From an uncultured Clostridia bacterium (GTDB taxonomy: Bacteria; Bacillota; Clostridia; TANB77; CAG-508), in NCBI GenBank assembly GCA_948676835.1, contig CAPOZU010000004.1, forward strand, positions 44,551-76,550: a DNA stretch of 32,000 nucleotides, written 5' to 3'. The translations under genes and the position numbers were made by a program. Each line of letters starts with the position of its first letter. Within the stretch, counting starts at the first letter, position 1. This document shows, piece after piece, positions 8,793-17,925 of the stretch. The notes under the pieces were generated by a model. It had not been told where the DNA came from, ran no database searches, and was given only the letters and a program-made list of their open reading frames with translations.

Positions 8793-9880
8793 TATCTATC
8801 TTCTCCTTCAGCTTCGATTCTTTTTAACTGTTTTCTTGTTAAACCATATCTAACACCTAATTCGTGTTTTCTGCCTTTAGGCATATCTAGTTGTTTTATA
8901 TGTTCTACAAGCCTTCGTCTTTCCCTATCTTTATCTATTGTTCTTTCATTTATTCCTAATTTATCATCAAATTCCTGATTTGCTATAGCATTATTATAAA
9001 ATTCTTTTGCTTGTTCAGATTGATAATCAACAAGCATATCTGTTTCAATGCTATATATTGGCATTTGATATGGTGAAGTTTTTAATTGTTCTATTAAATC
9101 TATACTTTTAACATGTACAGAAAATTGTCCGAAATTTGAAACATCCATTACAAATAAGCTCCCATTTCTTCCTGTTCCATCTTCTTTATAACCATATGAA
9201 ATTTCTTTTACCTTATTTTCCCTTGCTAACAAATGAACATTTTCGATTTCCATATCTTTTATTTTCATTGCATTACTAAATCCAAGAATAAGCTCTTTAA
9301 AATTACATTCATCTAAATTCTTACCCTCTTCAAAATCTTTATCTCTAAATCCAAATCTTTTTAACTCTTGTTTTGCAACGTCTTTCTTATCTTCATCTAA
9401 TGTTGGACTATATGCTTTTCTCATTAGAGCCAAAACATTTTTAAAATTTCCTCTGTTGTTAGGTATTCTTATTTCATTAACTCTTATATATTCTTTTAAT
9501 GTTGCTCTAAATATATGTTCAAATTCATGAGCTATTTTATTAGATAAATGTATTATTCTGCCTCTTTGCATTATATCATCAATTAAAAGTTCTCTTGAAT
9601 TCTTGCCTTCGCTATTATCTGGTGTAACTTTTAAATCATCTATAGTATATCGTTTAGCTGGTAATTGCGCACCTAACAGTTCATCAAAACCTCTTTCTTC
9701 TGATGTGTTTATTCTTTTATTAAATTTATTATATTTCTTTTTCCAATCTGGAACTAACTCTCTAAAAAAACTTAATAAATTATTTAAATTTTGTTCTGAT
9801 GTATTTAGCATATATTCTTTATCTATATTATTATTAAATCTTTTTAAAATTCCAGCTATTCTTGCTTTATTTATAGCCAT
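8792..9880 (-). CDS. Hypothetical protein (362 aa)
   Basis: A 362-codon ORF. It contains one HEFEH (HExxH-like) string and a basic C-terminus. No family recognised. Confidence 0.65.
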   Translation of the reverse strand: MAINKARIAGILKRFNNNIDKEYMLNTSEQNLNNLLSFFRELVPDWKKKYNKFNKRINTSEERGFDELLGAQLPAKRYTIDDLKVTPDNSEGKNSRELLIDDIMQRGRIIHLSNKIAHEFEHIFRATLKEYIRVNEIRIPNNRGNFKNVLALMRKAYSPTLDEDKKDVAKQELKRFGFRDKDFEEGKNLDECNFKELILGFSNAMKIKDMEIENVHLLARENKVKEISYGYKEDGTGRNGSLFVMDVSNFGQFSVHVKSIDLIEQLKTSPYQMPIYSIETDMLVDYQSEQAKEFYNNAIANQEFDDKLGINERTIDKDRERRRLVEHIKQLDMPKGRKHELGVRYGLTRKQLKRIEAEGEDR

Positions 9881-9999
9881 TGGCTGTAGCCTCCATTTTT
9901 AAGTGCTTATAATAAAATTATAACATTTTTAGACTAAATACGTCAAACTTTTAATTGTATTGCACTTTTTCAAATAATAAAAAAATAAAAACGCTAATG

Positions 10000-10028
10000 T
10001 TTACATAAATTTAAAAATATGTTATAAT
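10000..10028 (+). promoter_or_regulatory. Near-consensus sigma-A promoter with an extended -10
   Basis: TTTACA (10000-10005), a 17 nt spacer ending in TGt, then TATAAT (10023-10028). Confidence 0.6.
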
Positions 10029-10077
10029 AGCAATTGTAGCAAAATGTTTATTAGAAGAGATGGAAGGAGTGTACATT

Positions 10078-10320
10078 ATGGAAGGACTTCTCAAAGAAAT
10101 CTACAGCAAAATGGATGCTTTTAAAGAATGCTCTTCTTGCGGAAGAAGACAATATCTTGCATCTGCTAAGGCGCTGTATGATTTAGAACTGCGGTTAGAG
10201 GAAATGGAGAATTTTGGTGATGATCTTACCAATACAACCGAACTGGAAGAAATCAACAGAAAGGCAGGTGCAATTCTGCAGAATTGTGGGATTGTCTACC
10301 GCATAGAGGTGAGCGCATGA
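10078..10320 (+). CDS. Small hypothetical protein (80 aa) in a GC-enriched cassette
   Basis: SD GGAAGGAG (10062-10069) lies 8 nt before ATG 10078. The track start at 10060 would place the SD inside the ORF. The cassette is bracketed by its own promoter and terminator. No family recognised. Confidence 0.65.
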   Translation: MEGLLKEIYSKMDAFKECSSCGRRQYLASAKALYDLELRLEEMENFGDDLTNTTELEEINRKAGAILQNCGIVYRIEVSA

Positions 10321-10331
10321 ACACCGGCTAC

Positions 10332-10376
10332 AGAGTGCTGACAAGGGATAGACCGTCGGCACTCTCTTTTTTATTT
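10332..10376 (+). terminator. Rho-independent terminator
   Basis: agagtgctgac (10332-10342) pairs with gtcggcactct (10355-10365) over 11 bp including one G-U pair, followed by CTTTTTTATTT. Confidence 0.75.
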
Positions 10377-10401
10377 AAAAAAAATGAGGGCTATTGCCCC
10401 C
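10377..10401 (-). terminator. Rho-independent terminator ending the pcrA-369aa-154aa transcription unit
   Basis: On the minus strand GGGGGC-AATA-GCCCTC forms a 6 bp stem with one G-U pair, followed by ATTTTTTTT. Confidence 0.55.
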
Positions 10402-10412
10402 TATTTTTTGTT

Positions 10413-10877
10413 TTATACTGAATCTTTAACTTCATTAATAAAGTCTGTTATTGTTGTTAAATCAACTTCTAAAATATTACCAGATATATTATATTTTGAT
10501 TCATAATATTCTGAAAGATGTTCTATTCCTTTTAGTTGGGATTCTAGAACAATATCTATTCCTGAACAATTTTTTTCTATATATGGTAAAAATTTTAATG
10601 GTTGTTTCTTTATTTTCTCATCTTGCAAAATCTGATTAACATATCTATCTAAATAATCATGTGTAATCATTTTACTTTTTTTATCTGCAACTTGATATCT
10701 TAAATAATTTGTTTCTTCTTCTACAATTATTTTTCTAGATAATGACTGTTTTTCTCCTTTTTCTAGCAATTTCATTATTTTATCTCTATTTGCATCAGAC
10801 ATTTTTGCAATCTCTGTTACAGTTCCTTCTTTATCTATTCTAAATGTACTATATCCACCATATGCTCCTTCAACCAA
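10413..10877 (-). CDS. Hypothetical protein (154 aa)
   Basis: The ORF's TTG start lies 1 nt after the upstream stop (TAA-A-TTG) and has no SD of its own, which implies coupled translation. No family recognised. Confidence 0.55.
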   Translation of the reverse strand: MVEGAYGGYSTFRIDKEGTVTEIAKMSDANRDKIMKLLEKGEKQSLSRKIIVEEETNYLRYQVADKKSKMITHDYLDRYVNQILQDEKIKKQPLKFLPYIEKNCSGIDIVLESQLKGIEHLSEYYESKYNISGNILEVDLTTITDFINEVKDSV

Positions 10878-10878
10878 T

Positions 10879-11988
10879 TTAGATAGTCCGTGAAGCTGAT
10901 GATTTTTTCTTTAATTCTTCCAGTCTTTTTAAAGTCACTTCTTTATTTGTATTTGTAATTAAAAACAAACTCATTCTTACTCCCATTGCTAATTGTAGCT
11001 TTTTGATTTGCTCAAAAAATTCCATTAATTTTTTAGTTGTTATTCTTCTTGCAAGTGTAACATCTTCTCTTTCAAACCAAGTAAAAACAATAGGAACTAC
11101 TCTTTCTTTCTTTTCCTTTTTTTCATCAATCATATTACTCCTTAACCTATTCATCTTAGTATATTTTTTTTCTAAACACTTTAATGCTTCAAAATCACTT
11201 TCAAGATGTGCGCTCTCAACTTCTGATTCTGATAATTCATAAAACGCTATTATAGTTTTAGTTAAAGATATTTTTAAAGTTTTACTTGTTAATGTTAAAT
11301 TTTCGATTATATCTCTAAAATCTTTTGTTGTAAAATATACTGAATATTTTTTATAATCTTCTTGAATTGAAGGTTTTCTTGTTTCCATATATTCTTCAAT
11401 TCTTAATTGTCTTCCTTTTTTAAAATTTATTAAAGCCATTAAAAAACTTTTATCAAAACAAAAGAACTCTGATTTTATTCTTTCATTTTTGAAATTATCA
11501 AACATAGAAATTAAAAAATGTAATCTTTTTATTTCTGTTTCTGATAAATTTTCTATATTTAATAAATCTCTTATATCTGCAATCTTTTGATATTCTAAAA
11601 ATTTGTAATATTTTTGATTAATATTATAAAGTACCTTAATTTTATTTTCAGTATTTAATTCCTCAAATTCTGGTTTTGACCATCCTTTCGGAATTATTCC
11701 CATTACATTCCAAGCTTTGCATTCTTTTATAGAATCTATTAATCTTGAAAAGTAGTTATATAAGACAATTTCTAGATTCTCAAGAAATTTATCTGCTTTA
11801 TATTTATTTTCAGGCATTGTAAGTAGATATGTAATTTCACTAGTTAAAGTTAAACTATTGTCTACCAAATCTATTGCTCTGTAACGAGGGCGACCTTTTA
11901 AAAGCTTAGCTTTTTCTATTTTTTCTAAAAATTCAGAATCAGCTAAACTATTATTTTTATATGCAGTTATAATTTCTTGATATTCCAT
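10879..11988 (-). CDS. Hypothetical protein (369 aa)
   Basis: A 369-codon ORF that starts 14 nt downstream of the pcrA stop. No family recognised. Confidence 0.65.
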   Translation of the reverse strand: MEYQEIITAYKNNSLADSEFLEKIEKAKLLKGRPRYRAIDLVDNSLTLTSEITYLLTMPENKYKADKFLENLEIVLYNYFSRLIDSIKECKAWNVMGIIPKGWSKPEFEELNTENKIKVLYNINQKYYKFLEYQKIADIRDLLNIENLSETEIKRLHFLISMFDNFKNERIKSEFFCFDKSFLMALINFKKGRQLRIEEYMETRKPSIQEDYKKYSVYFTTKDFRDIIENLTLTSKTLKISLTKTIIAFYELSESEVESAHLESDFEALKCLEKKYTKMNRLRSNMIDEKKEKKERVVPIVFTWFEREDVTLARRITTKKLMEFFEQIKKLQLAMGVRMSLFLITNTNKEVTLKRLEELKKKSSASRTI

Positions 11989-12002
11989 ACTACATTTTCT
12001 TT

Positions 12003-14318
12003 CTATTCAATAATTTCTAAACCTGCAAATTTTGCCATTAATCTTTTATGTCCTGCCTTTTCGAAGTTAATATCTACTTTTAAGTCTTCTCCTTCTGCTT
12101 CTACAGAATTTATAACACCTTCGCCAAATTTCTTATGATATACTTTTACTCCTGATTTGTATCTAGACAAATCAACTTCTGATGAAGTTTGCTTCTTATT
12201 AAGACTTTGAAGAAAGCTGTCTGCACTTCTAAATTGGAAAGTTGTGTTTGCTTGTCTAGAGCCACTTCTTTCAATATCTCTGTAAGTTGAAACTGGACTT
12301 TCGTAAAAACTTCCATATCCACTTGATCTAGAATTTCCATAAGTCCATTCTCTATCTTCAGATTCATTATATGTATTTCTTCTTTCTTCTATTTGTTCAT
12401 AACCATCTAACATATTAGCTGGTATTTCTTTTATAAATCTAGAAACTGAATTACAACTTGTAGAACCAAAAATTGTTCTTTGTCTTGCACAAGTTAAGAA
12501 AAGATTTTCCTTTGCTCTTGTTATTCCAACATAGCAAAGCCTTCTTTCTTCTTCAAGTTCCTTTGGCTCTCCAATTGATTTATATCCAGGAAAAATTCCT
12601 TCTTCCATTCCAACTAAAAATACAACTGGAAATTCAAGCCCTTTTGCACTATGTAATGTCATTAATGTTACTGATTCTTCTGCGTCTTCCATTCCATCTA
12701 AATCTGAACTTAAAGTAATTCCCTCTAAAAATTCACTTAATGTTGGATCTGCTGATTCATCTTCAAATTCTATTGCAACAGTTAAAAACTCGTCCAAGTT
12801 TTGAATTCTTGTTTCTGCTTCAACAGTGTTTTCTAGTTCTAATGCTCTTGTATATCCTGTTTTATTTAATGTTTCTTTTATTAAATCTGAAAGTTTTAAA
12901 TCATCTTTTCTACTTTTTAAATCTTCTATAACATTTATGAATTCTCTAGTATTTGAAAAAACTCTATTTAATCCAAATTCATCAGCTCTTTTAATAACTT
13001 CATACATTGATACTCCGCTATCAGCCGCTACTAATTCTATATTATCTAAACTTGTTTTTCCAACCCCTCTTTTAGGTTCATTTATGATTCTGTTTAAACT
13101 TAAATTATCTGATGTATTATGTATTAATCTTAAATAAGCTATGATATCTTTAATTTCTTTTCTTTCATAGAATTTTAGACCACCAACAATTTTGTATGGT
13201 ATATTTTCTCTTCTTAAAATATCTTCTATGCTACGTGATTGAGAGTTCATTCTATAAAGAACAGCAAAATCTGAATACTTGTAATATTCTTCCATTTTTA
13301 AAGTATTTATTTGTCTTACGATATAGTTTGCCTCTTCGTATTCGTTATCTCCTCTATATACTTTAGGTAATGCCCCTCTTTCATTATCAGTCCATAATTT
13401 CTTTTCATATTTAGTTTCATTATTTCTAATAACTTCATTAGCTGCATTTAATATACTTTGTGTACATCTATAATTTTGCTCAAGCTTTATTATTCTTGTT
13501 CCTGGAAAATCCTTTTCAAAGTTTAAAATATTTGTAATATCTGCCCCTCTAAAAGAATAAATTCCTTGATCATTATCACCAACAACAGTAATATTTCCAT
13601 ATTTTGATGCTAGTAATGTTACTAAAGTAAATTGAGCTTTGTTTGTATCTTGATATTCGTCTACTAAAACATATTTAAATCTATTTGAATAATATTCTAG
13701 TAAATCTGGATTATCTAATAAAATTTTAATAGTAAAATTAATTATATCATCAAAATCTATTGCATTATTTTCTTTTAATCTTTTTTGATATAATTCATAA
13801 ATTTCACCAATTTTTTCTTTTCTAAAATCATTTTTATATTTTGCCATATATTGATCTGGCTCTAGCATTTCATTTTTAGCGTTAGAAATTTCGTATAAAA
13901 CTGATTTATCTGAATATATTTTATCGTCTAAGTTTTGACTTTTAATAATTTGTTTTATTAATGTTTTTTGGTCTGATGTATCAAAAATAACAAAAGATGT
14001 ATCAAAACCAATTCTATCTATTTGTTTTCTTAAAATTCTTACACAAATAGAGTGAAATGTACCAATCCACATATCTCTTGCTACATCACCAACTAAATTT
14101 TCAACCCTTGATTTCATTTCATTTGCAGCTTTATTTGTAAAAGTTATAGCTAAAATGTCCCAAGGTTTAACATCCTTTTCTCCCATTAAGTATGCTATCT
14201 TATGTGTTAATACTTTTGTTTTTCCACTTCCTGCACCAGCAATAACTAAGCATGGTCCCTCTGTGTTAACAACTGCTTCATATTGTTTATCGTTTAATCC
14301 TTCTAATAAGTTCATCAA
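12003..14318 (-). CDS. pcrA: ATP-dependent DNA helicase PcrA (UvrD/Rep superfamily 1)
   Basis: Walker A AGAGSGKT, motif II VDEYQDTN, and TLHSAKGLEFPVVFLVG are present. The C-terminal KVYHKKFGEGVI...LMAKFAGLEI matches the PcrA Tudor-like tail. SD AAGGGAGAA. Confidence 0.93.
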   Translation of the reverse strand: MMNLLEGLNDKQYEAVVNTEGPCLVIAGAGSGKTKVLTHKIAYLMGEKDVKPWDILAITFTNKAANEMKSRVENLVGDVARDMWIGTFHSICVRILRKQIDRIGFDTSFVIFDTSDQKTLIKQIIKSQNLDDKIYSDKSVLYEISNAKNEMLEPDQYMAKYKNDFRKEKIGEIYELYQKRLKENNAIDFDDIINFTIKILLDNPDLLEYYSNRFKYVLVDEYQDTNKAQFTLVTLLASKYGNITVVGDNDQGIYSFRGADITNILNFEKDFPGTRIIKLEQNYRCTQSILNAANEVIRNNETKYEKKLWTDNERGALPKVYRGDNEYEEANYIVRQINTLKMEEYYKYSDFAVLYRMNSQSRSIEDILRRENIPYKIVGGLKFYERKEIKDIIAYLRLIHNTSDNLSLNRIINEPKRGVGKTSLDNIELVAADSGVSMYEVIKRADEFGLNRVFSNTREFINVIEDLKSRKDDLKLSDLIKETLNKTGYTRALELENTVEAETRIQNLDEFLTVAIEFEDESADPTLSEFLEGITLSSDLDGMEDAEESVTLMTLHSAKGLEFPVVFLVGMEEGIFPGYKSIGEPKELEEERRLCYVGITRAKENLFLTCARQRTIFGSTSCNSVSRFIKEIPANMLDGYEQIEERRNTYNESEDREWTYGNSRSSGYGSFYESPVSTYRDIERSGSRQANTTFQFRSADSFLQSLNKKQTSSEVDLSRYKSGVKVYHKKFGEGVINSVEAEGEDLKVDINFEKAGHKRLMAKFAGLEIIE

Positions 14319-14404
14319 TTTCTCCCTTAAAATGTTAATTTTTATATGTTTTTTCTACTTTCAATATTATATATTAATTTAATTTAAAAGTACATTATTT
14401 TTTT

Positions 14405-14436
14405 AAAAAAACACAATCAATATAATATTGATTGTG
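14405..14436 (-). terminator. Rho-independent terminator after the DUF1858 gene
   Basis: Palindrome cacaatcaatat-a-atattgattgtg (14412-14436), followed by TTTTTTT on the minus strand. Confidence 0.65.
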
Positions 14437-14444
14437 CCCCCTTA

Positions 14445-14627
14445 TTATTTATTTAATTCTTGAACTAATTCTTCAACATCTATACCATGAACTGAACAAG
14501 CTTCTTCTAATGTTTCTGCTTGTGATGCAGGGCATCCTAGGCAGTGCATTCCTGCTTCTAATAATATATCTGCTTTTTCAGGAAATTGTTCAAGTAATTC
14601 CCCTATTTTCATATTTTTATCTATCAT
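14445..14627 (-). CDS. DUF1858-type small redox-disulfide protein (hybrid-cluster-protein-associated family)
   Basis: The 60 aa protein has the characteristic GMHCLGCP motif and the ...AC.VHGIDVEELV.ELN tail. SD GAAAGGAGAG. Confidence 0.8.
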   Translation of the reverse strand: MIDKNMKIGELLEQFPEKADILLEAGMHCLGCPASQAETLEEACSVHGIDVEELVQELNK

Positions 14628-14742
14628 TTTTCTCTCCTTTCATTCTCTACTTTTTATTCACAACTTAAAATTGTGGTAAAAGGTAAAAATAATTATTCTT
14701 GTTTATATCGAAGTTATTTTAACATAATTTTTAAAAAAAGTA

Positions 14743-14771
14743 TAGACAAACTCCAAAAAATGTTGTATTAT
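14743..14771 (+). promoter_or_regulatory. Candidate sigma-A promoter of the plus-strand T4SS-like operon
   Basis: TAGACA (14743-14748), 17 nt spacer, TATTAT (14766-14771). Confidence 0.4.
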
Positions 14772-14801
14772 GTTTCAAATTTACCAAAAAGGGGTGATTT
14801 T

Positions 14802-14957
14802 ATGGATATCCTTACAAACCTCTTTTTCATAAGTTTTGGTATAAATATATTTATAATCATTTACTTTTTTTATTCACTACTAGAAATCTTTTTCTTGCAA
14901 AATCTGCAAGGTTACAAATTACAGTTTAAGAAAAATCAATTAAACAAAAGGGCTTAA
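14802..14957 (+). CDS. Small single-TM membrane protein (51 aa)
   Basis: SD AAAAGGGGTGA precedes ATG 14802. MDILTNLFFISFGINIFIIIYFFYSLL is a hydrophobic helix. The longer track ORF from 14673 has no SD. Confidence 0.5.
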   Translation: MDILTNLFFISFGINIFIIIYFFYSLLEIFFLQNLQGYKLQFKKNQLNKRA

Positions 14958-14958
14958 T

Positions 14959-16698
14959 TTGAAAAAATTATTAATAAGAATTTTACTTACATGTCTTTTT
15001 TTCCCACTTGCGATATTTTTCATATTTTACATTTTTAGCCCAATTTTTACTGCTAAAAGTCTTATTTTTCCTTATGCAATTCATCCATTTGATATAGTTT
15101 CAGTATATCCAGAGACATGGATTTTATTAAAAAAAATTTATTTTTTATCTTATTCTATTTCTTATTTCATTTTATTTAATAAAATTTTTAATTTCTGTTA
15201 TTTAAAATCCCCCAAAACAAATCACTCTAAACATTTTCTATTACCTAAAGCTAATTCAGAATTATCTTTATTTGTTGGTTTTTCAAATAACACTCCAATT
15301 TACATTTCTGAAAAAGGATTATATCAAAGCATATTAATTACTGGAACAATTGGAACTGGAAAAACATCTTCTGCAATGTATCCGTTTACAAAGCAACTTA
15401 TTAGCTATAACTCAACTCTCCCTGGTGAAAAACTTGCTATGCTTATTTTAGATGTAAAAGGAAATTATTTAAAAAAAGTATTAGAATATGCTAATATTAG
15501 CAATCGACTAAGTGACATTATCACAATAGATTTATCTGGTAATTTTAAATATAATCCGTTAGATAAGCAAAATCTAAAACCGATAGTTTTAGCAAATCGT
15601 TTAAAAACAATTTTGTCCCTTTTTAGTCCAAATAATTCAGAATCTTTTTGGCTTGATAAGAGTGAACAAATTTTAGCTGAATGTATAAAATTTTGCAGAC
15701 TATATAATAATGGATACGTAACTTTTGCAGAAATTCATAAATTGCTAATGTTTCCTGAATACTACCAAGAAAAATTAGAAGTTCTAAAAATCTTATTTAG
15801 ACAAGGAAAATTTGATGATACAGATGTTTATAATTTATTAACTTGCATAGACTTTTTCGAAAAAGAATTTTTTTCATTAGATGCTAGAACTATATCTATT
15901 CTAAAATCAGAAATAAGCAGAATTACTAGTATCTTTGTTTCTGATTATAATGTGTCTAAAGTATTTTGTTGTTCCAAAAACGAACTTAATTTTTATGGTT
16001 TTGAAAATGTATTAAATACAGGAAAAATAGTAGTATTAAACATGAATATTTCAGAATACAAAAATCTCTCAAAAATAATTGCTGCATACTTAAAACTCGA
16101 TTTTCAAACTGAAGTTATGTCACGCCTTGGAAAAGCCAGTACTATAAGAAAAAGTGCATTTATATCTGATGAATTTCATGAATATGTAACAACTACAGAT
16201 AGCGATTTTTTTGCACAATGTAGAGAAGCTAAATGTATTAATATTGTTGCAACTCAAAGTTATTCATCAATAAAAAATGCTTTAAAAGATGAAGTTTCTG
16301 CAAAAGTAATTCTTCAAAATATGATAAATAAACTTTGGTTTAGAACAGACGATATTTTCACTATAGAAGAAGCTCAAAAGCAAATTGGAAAAGAAGAAAA
16401 AGAAAAGATTTCTACAACTATTTCTGAAAACGCAAAAGAAACAAAATTAAATTTCGTAACAAACACACTAATGTCACGAGATTCTAATTTATCAGAAAGT
16501 TATAATAAATATACTCAAAATGATTATATATATGATACCAATTATTTTTCTCAAACTTTAAAAACTTTCAAATGTCTAGGTTTTATTTCTGATGGTATGA
16601 AAATTTTAAAACCTACTGAATTACAAATGATACCATACTATGAAGAAGATAACTTCATAACATCAAAAAAGAAAGGAGTTTTCAATTATGAAAAATAA
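14959..16698 (+). CDS. Type IV secretion coupling protein-like ATPase (VirD4/TraG/TraD family)
   Basis: Two N-terminal TM helices are present. Walker A is GTIGTGKTSS and Walker B is AFISDEFHEY. IVATQSYSSIKNAL resembles the conserved Q-S motif of coupling proteins. TTG start after AAAAGGGC. Confidence 0.75.
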   Translation: MKKLLIRILLTCLFFPLAIFFIFYIFSPIFTAKSLIFPYAIHPFDIVSVYPETWILLKKIYFLSYSISYFILFNKIFNFCYLKSPKTNHSKHFLLPKANSELSLFVGFSNNTPIYISEKGLYQSILITGTIGTGKTSSAMYPFTKQLISYNSTLPGEKLAMLILDVKGNYLKKVLEYANISNRLSDIITIDLSGNFKYNPLDKQNLKPIVLANRLKTILSLFSPNNSESFWLDKSEQILAECIKFCRLYNNGYVTFAEIHKLLMFPEYYQEKLEVLKILFRQGKFDDTDVYNLLTCIDFFEKEFFSLDARTISILKSEISRITSIFVSDYNVSKVFCCSKNELNFYGFENVLNTGKIVVLNMNISEYKNLSKIIAAYLKLDFQTEVMSRLGKASTIRKSAFISDEFHEYVTTTDSDFFAQCREAKCINIVATQSYSSIKNALKDEVSAKVILQNMINKLWFRTDDIFTIEEAQKQIGKEEKEKISTTISENAKETKLNFVTNTLMSRDSNLSESYNKYTQNDYIYDTNYFSQTLKTFKCLGFISDGMKILKPTELQMIPYYEEDNFITSKKKGVFNYEK

Positions 16699-17017
16699 AA
16701 CATTTAAAATACTTTATACATCAATGATTTCTATTTTATTTTTATCAACATTTAGCACAAATGTATTTGCAGCAGATCCAAAGTTAGTTACAACTTTAAA
16801 CTCTGCATTTGAAAAAATTGAAAGTTACATTATAAAAATTTCTACACCTGCAGCAGCTGTTGCCGTTGGAAGTGGTGTGCTTATGAAAAAGTTTAGTTTT
16901 GGAGATGAAGAAAAAATTCGTACTTCAAATAAATTAATAAAAGGAAGTTTATTCTCCTATGGATTTATTCTTTGTATTGATTTAGTCTTATCTCTATTCC
17001 AAACTTTATTAACTTAA
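16688..17017 (+). CDS. VirB2/TrbC-like pilin-type protein (signal peptide plus two hydrophobic helices)
   Basis: The signal peptide ends VFA-ADP. The mature protein of about 80 aa has two hydrophobic segments. The start overlaps the end of the T4CP gene, and SD AAAGGAG is present. The call rests on topology and gene context only. Confidence 0.55.
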   Translation: MKNKTFKILYTSMISILFLSTFSTNVFAADPKLVTTLNSAFEKIESYIIKISTPAAAVAVGSGVLMKKFSFGDEEKIRTSNKLIKGSLFSYGFILCIDLVLSLFQTLLT

Positions 17018-17034
17018 AAATTTAAGGAGAATTT

Positions 17035-17907
17035 ATGGAAGAAGAAAATATTAATTTAACAGAAATTATTTTAACATCAATAAACGAATTATTTTCTCAA
17101 ATGTTTTCCTCTATTGATAATACAATTTATTCTACTCTTGATCATCTAACTTTTATAAATACTGACATTCTAAAAAATAATTCTTTTCAAAACATTTTAG
17201 GAAGCTCAGCATCAGAAGGAATTCTGCTAATTTGCAATAGCTTAGTTCTTGGATTTATTATTTATTATTCTATAAATTATCTTATTTCTCACTTAACCTA
17301 TTCTCAAATAGATAATCCAAAGCAATTTATTTTTAAAGCTATCATCTTCATTTCAATAATGAATTCTTCCCTTTGGATATGTGAACAAATTATAAATATA
17401 ATTTATATTATAACATCCTGCATTTTTTCTATTGGAGAAAATCTTTTTGATACTCAAATTACATTTTCAAACTTTATTGATAATATAAACAAAAATCTTT
17501 ATTTATCAGAAAATTCTCTAAATATCTTTTCGTTTGATGGAATTATAAAATCCTTCACTAGTTTTGGTATGATAAATCTTGTATTTACATATTCTCTTAG
17601 ATACATTATGGTTCAAATCTTTATTTTAATGAGTCCATTTGCTTTTCTAAGTTTAATTACCAATAGTTCAGAGTGGTTTTTTAAAGTCTGGATAAAAACT
17701 TTTTTATCACTTTTATTAGTTCAAATTTTAATTTCCTTTATTTTACTATTATCCTTTTCAATAGAAATTACTTCTAGCTCTATGCTTTCCAAATTTTTAT
17801 ATATAGGAATCATTTACGCATTAACTAGAGCAAATATTTATATTAAAGAACTGTTCGGTGGAATCTCAACAACTGTTTCCGCAGGCTTTTCATCATTATC
17901 AAGCTAA
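17035..17907 (+). CDS. Polytopic membrane protein, VirB6/TrbL-like
   Basis: The 290 aa protein has about 6-7 predicted TM helices. SD AAGGAGAA. Its position between the pilin-like and PrgI-like genes matches Gram-positive T4SS operons. Confidence 0.55.
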   Translation: MEEENINLTEIILTSINELFSQMFSSIDNTIYSTLDHLTFINTDILKNNSFQNILGSSASEGILLICNSLVLGFIIYYSINYLISHLTYSQIDNPKQFIFKAIIFISIMNSSLWICEQIINIIYIITSCIFSIGENLFDTQITFSNFIDNINKNLYLSENSLNIFSFDGIIKSFTSFGMINLVFTYSLRYIMVQIFILMSPFAFLSLITNSSEWFFKVWIKTFLSLLLVQILISFILLLSFSIEITSSSMLSKFLYIGIIYALTRANIYIKELFGGISTTVSAGFSSLSS

Positions 17908-17925
17908 TTTATGAAAGGAGGTTTT

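Noticed and set aside
9480-9560. HEFEH string in the 362 aa protein as a zinc-metalloprotease active site
   Set aside because: A five-residue HExxH match occurs often by chance. I could not recognise a third ligand motif or the surrounding metzincin/gluzincin context. It is mentioned but not used for annotation.
10060-10077. Track start codon at 10060 for the GC-rich small ORF, and likewise 17911, 19002 and 14673 for their ORFs
   Set aside because: In each case the upstream ATG or TTG would place the obvious Shine-Dalgarno sequence inside the coding region. The downstream ATG at proper SD spacing was preferred.
12146-13137. Short ORFs within or antisense to pcrA (12146-12367, 12473-12718, 12740-12931, 12826-13137)
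   Set aside because: All are embedded in the confidently identified pcrA ORF. They are alternative-frame or antisense artefacts of AT-rich coding DNA.
14432-14668. Plus-strand 78 aa ORF overlapping the DUF1858 gene
   Set aside because: The minus-strand 60 aa ORF has a strong SD and the conserved GMHCLGCP motif. The plus-strand ORF is its antisense shadow.
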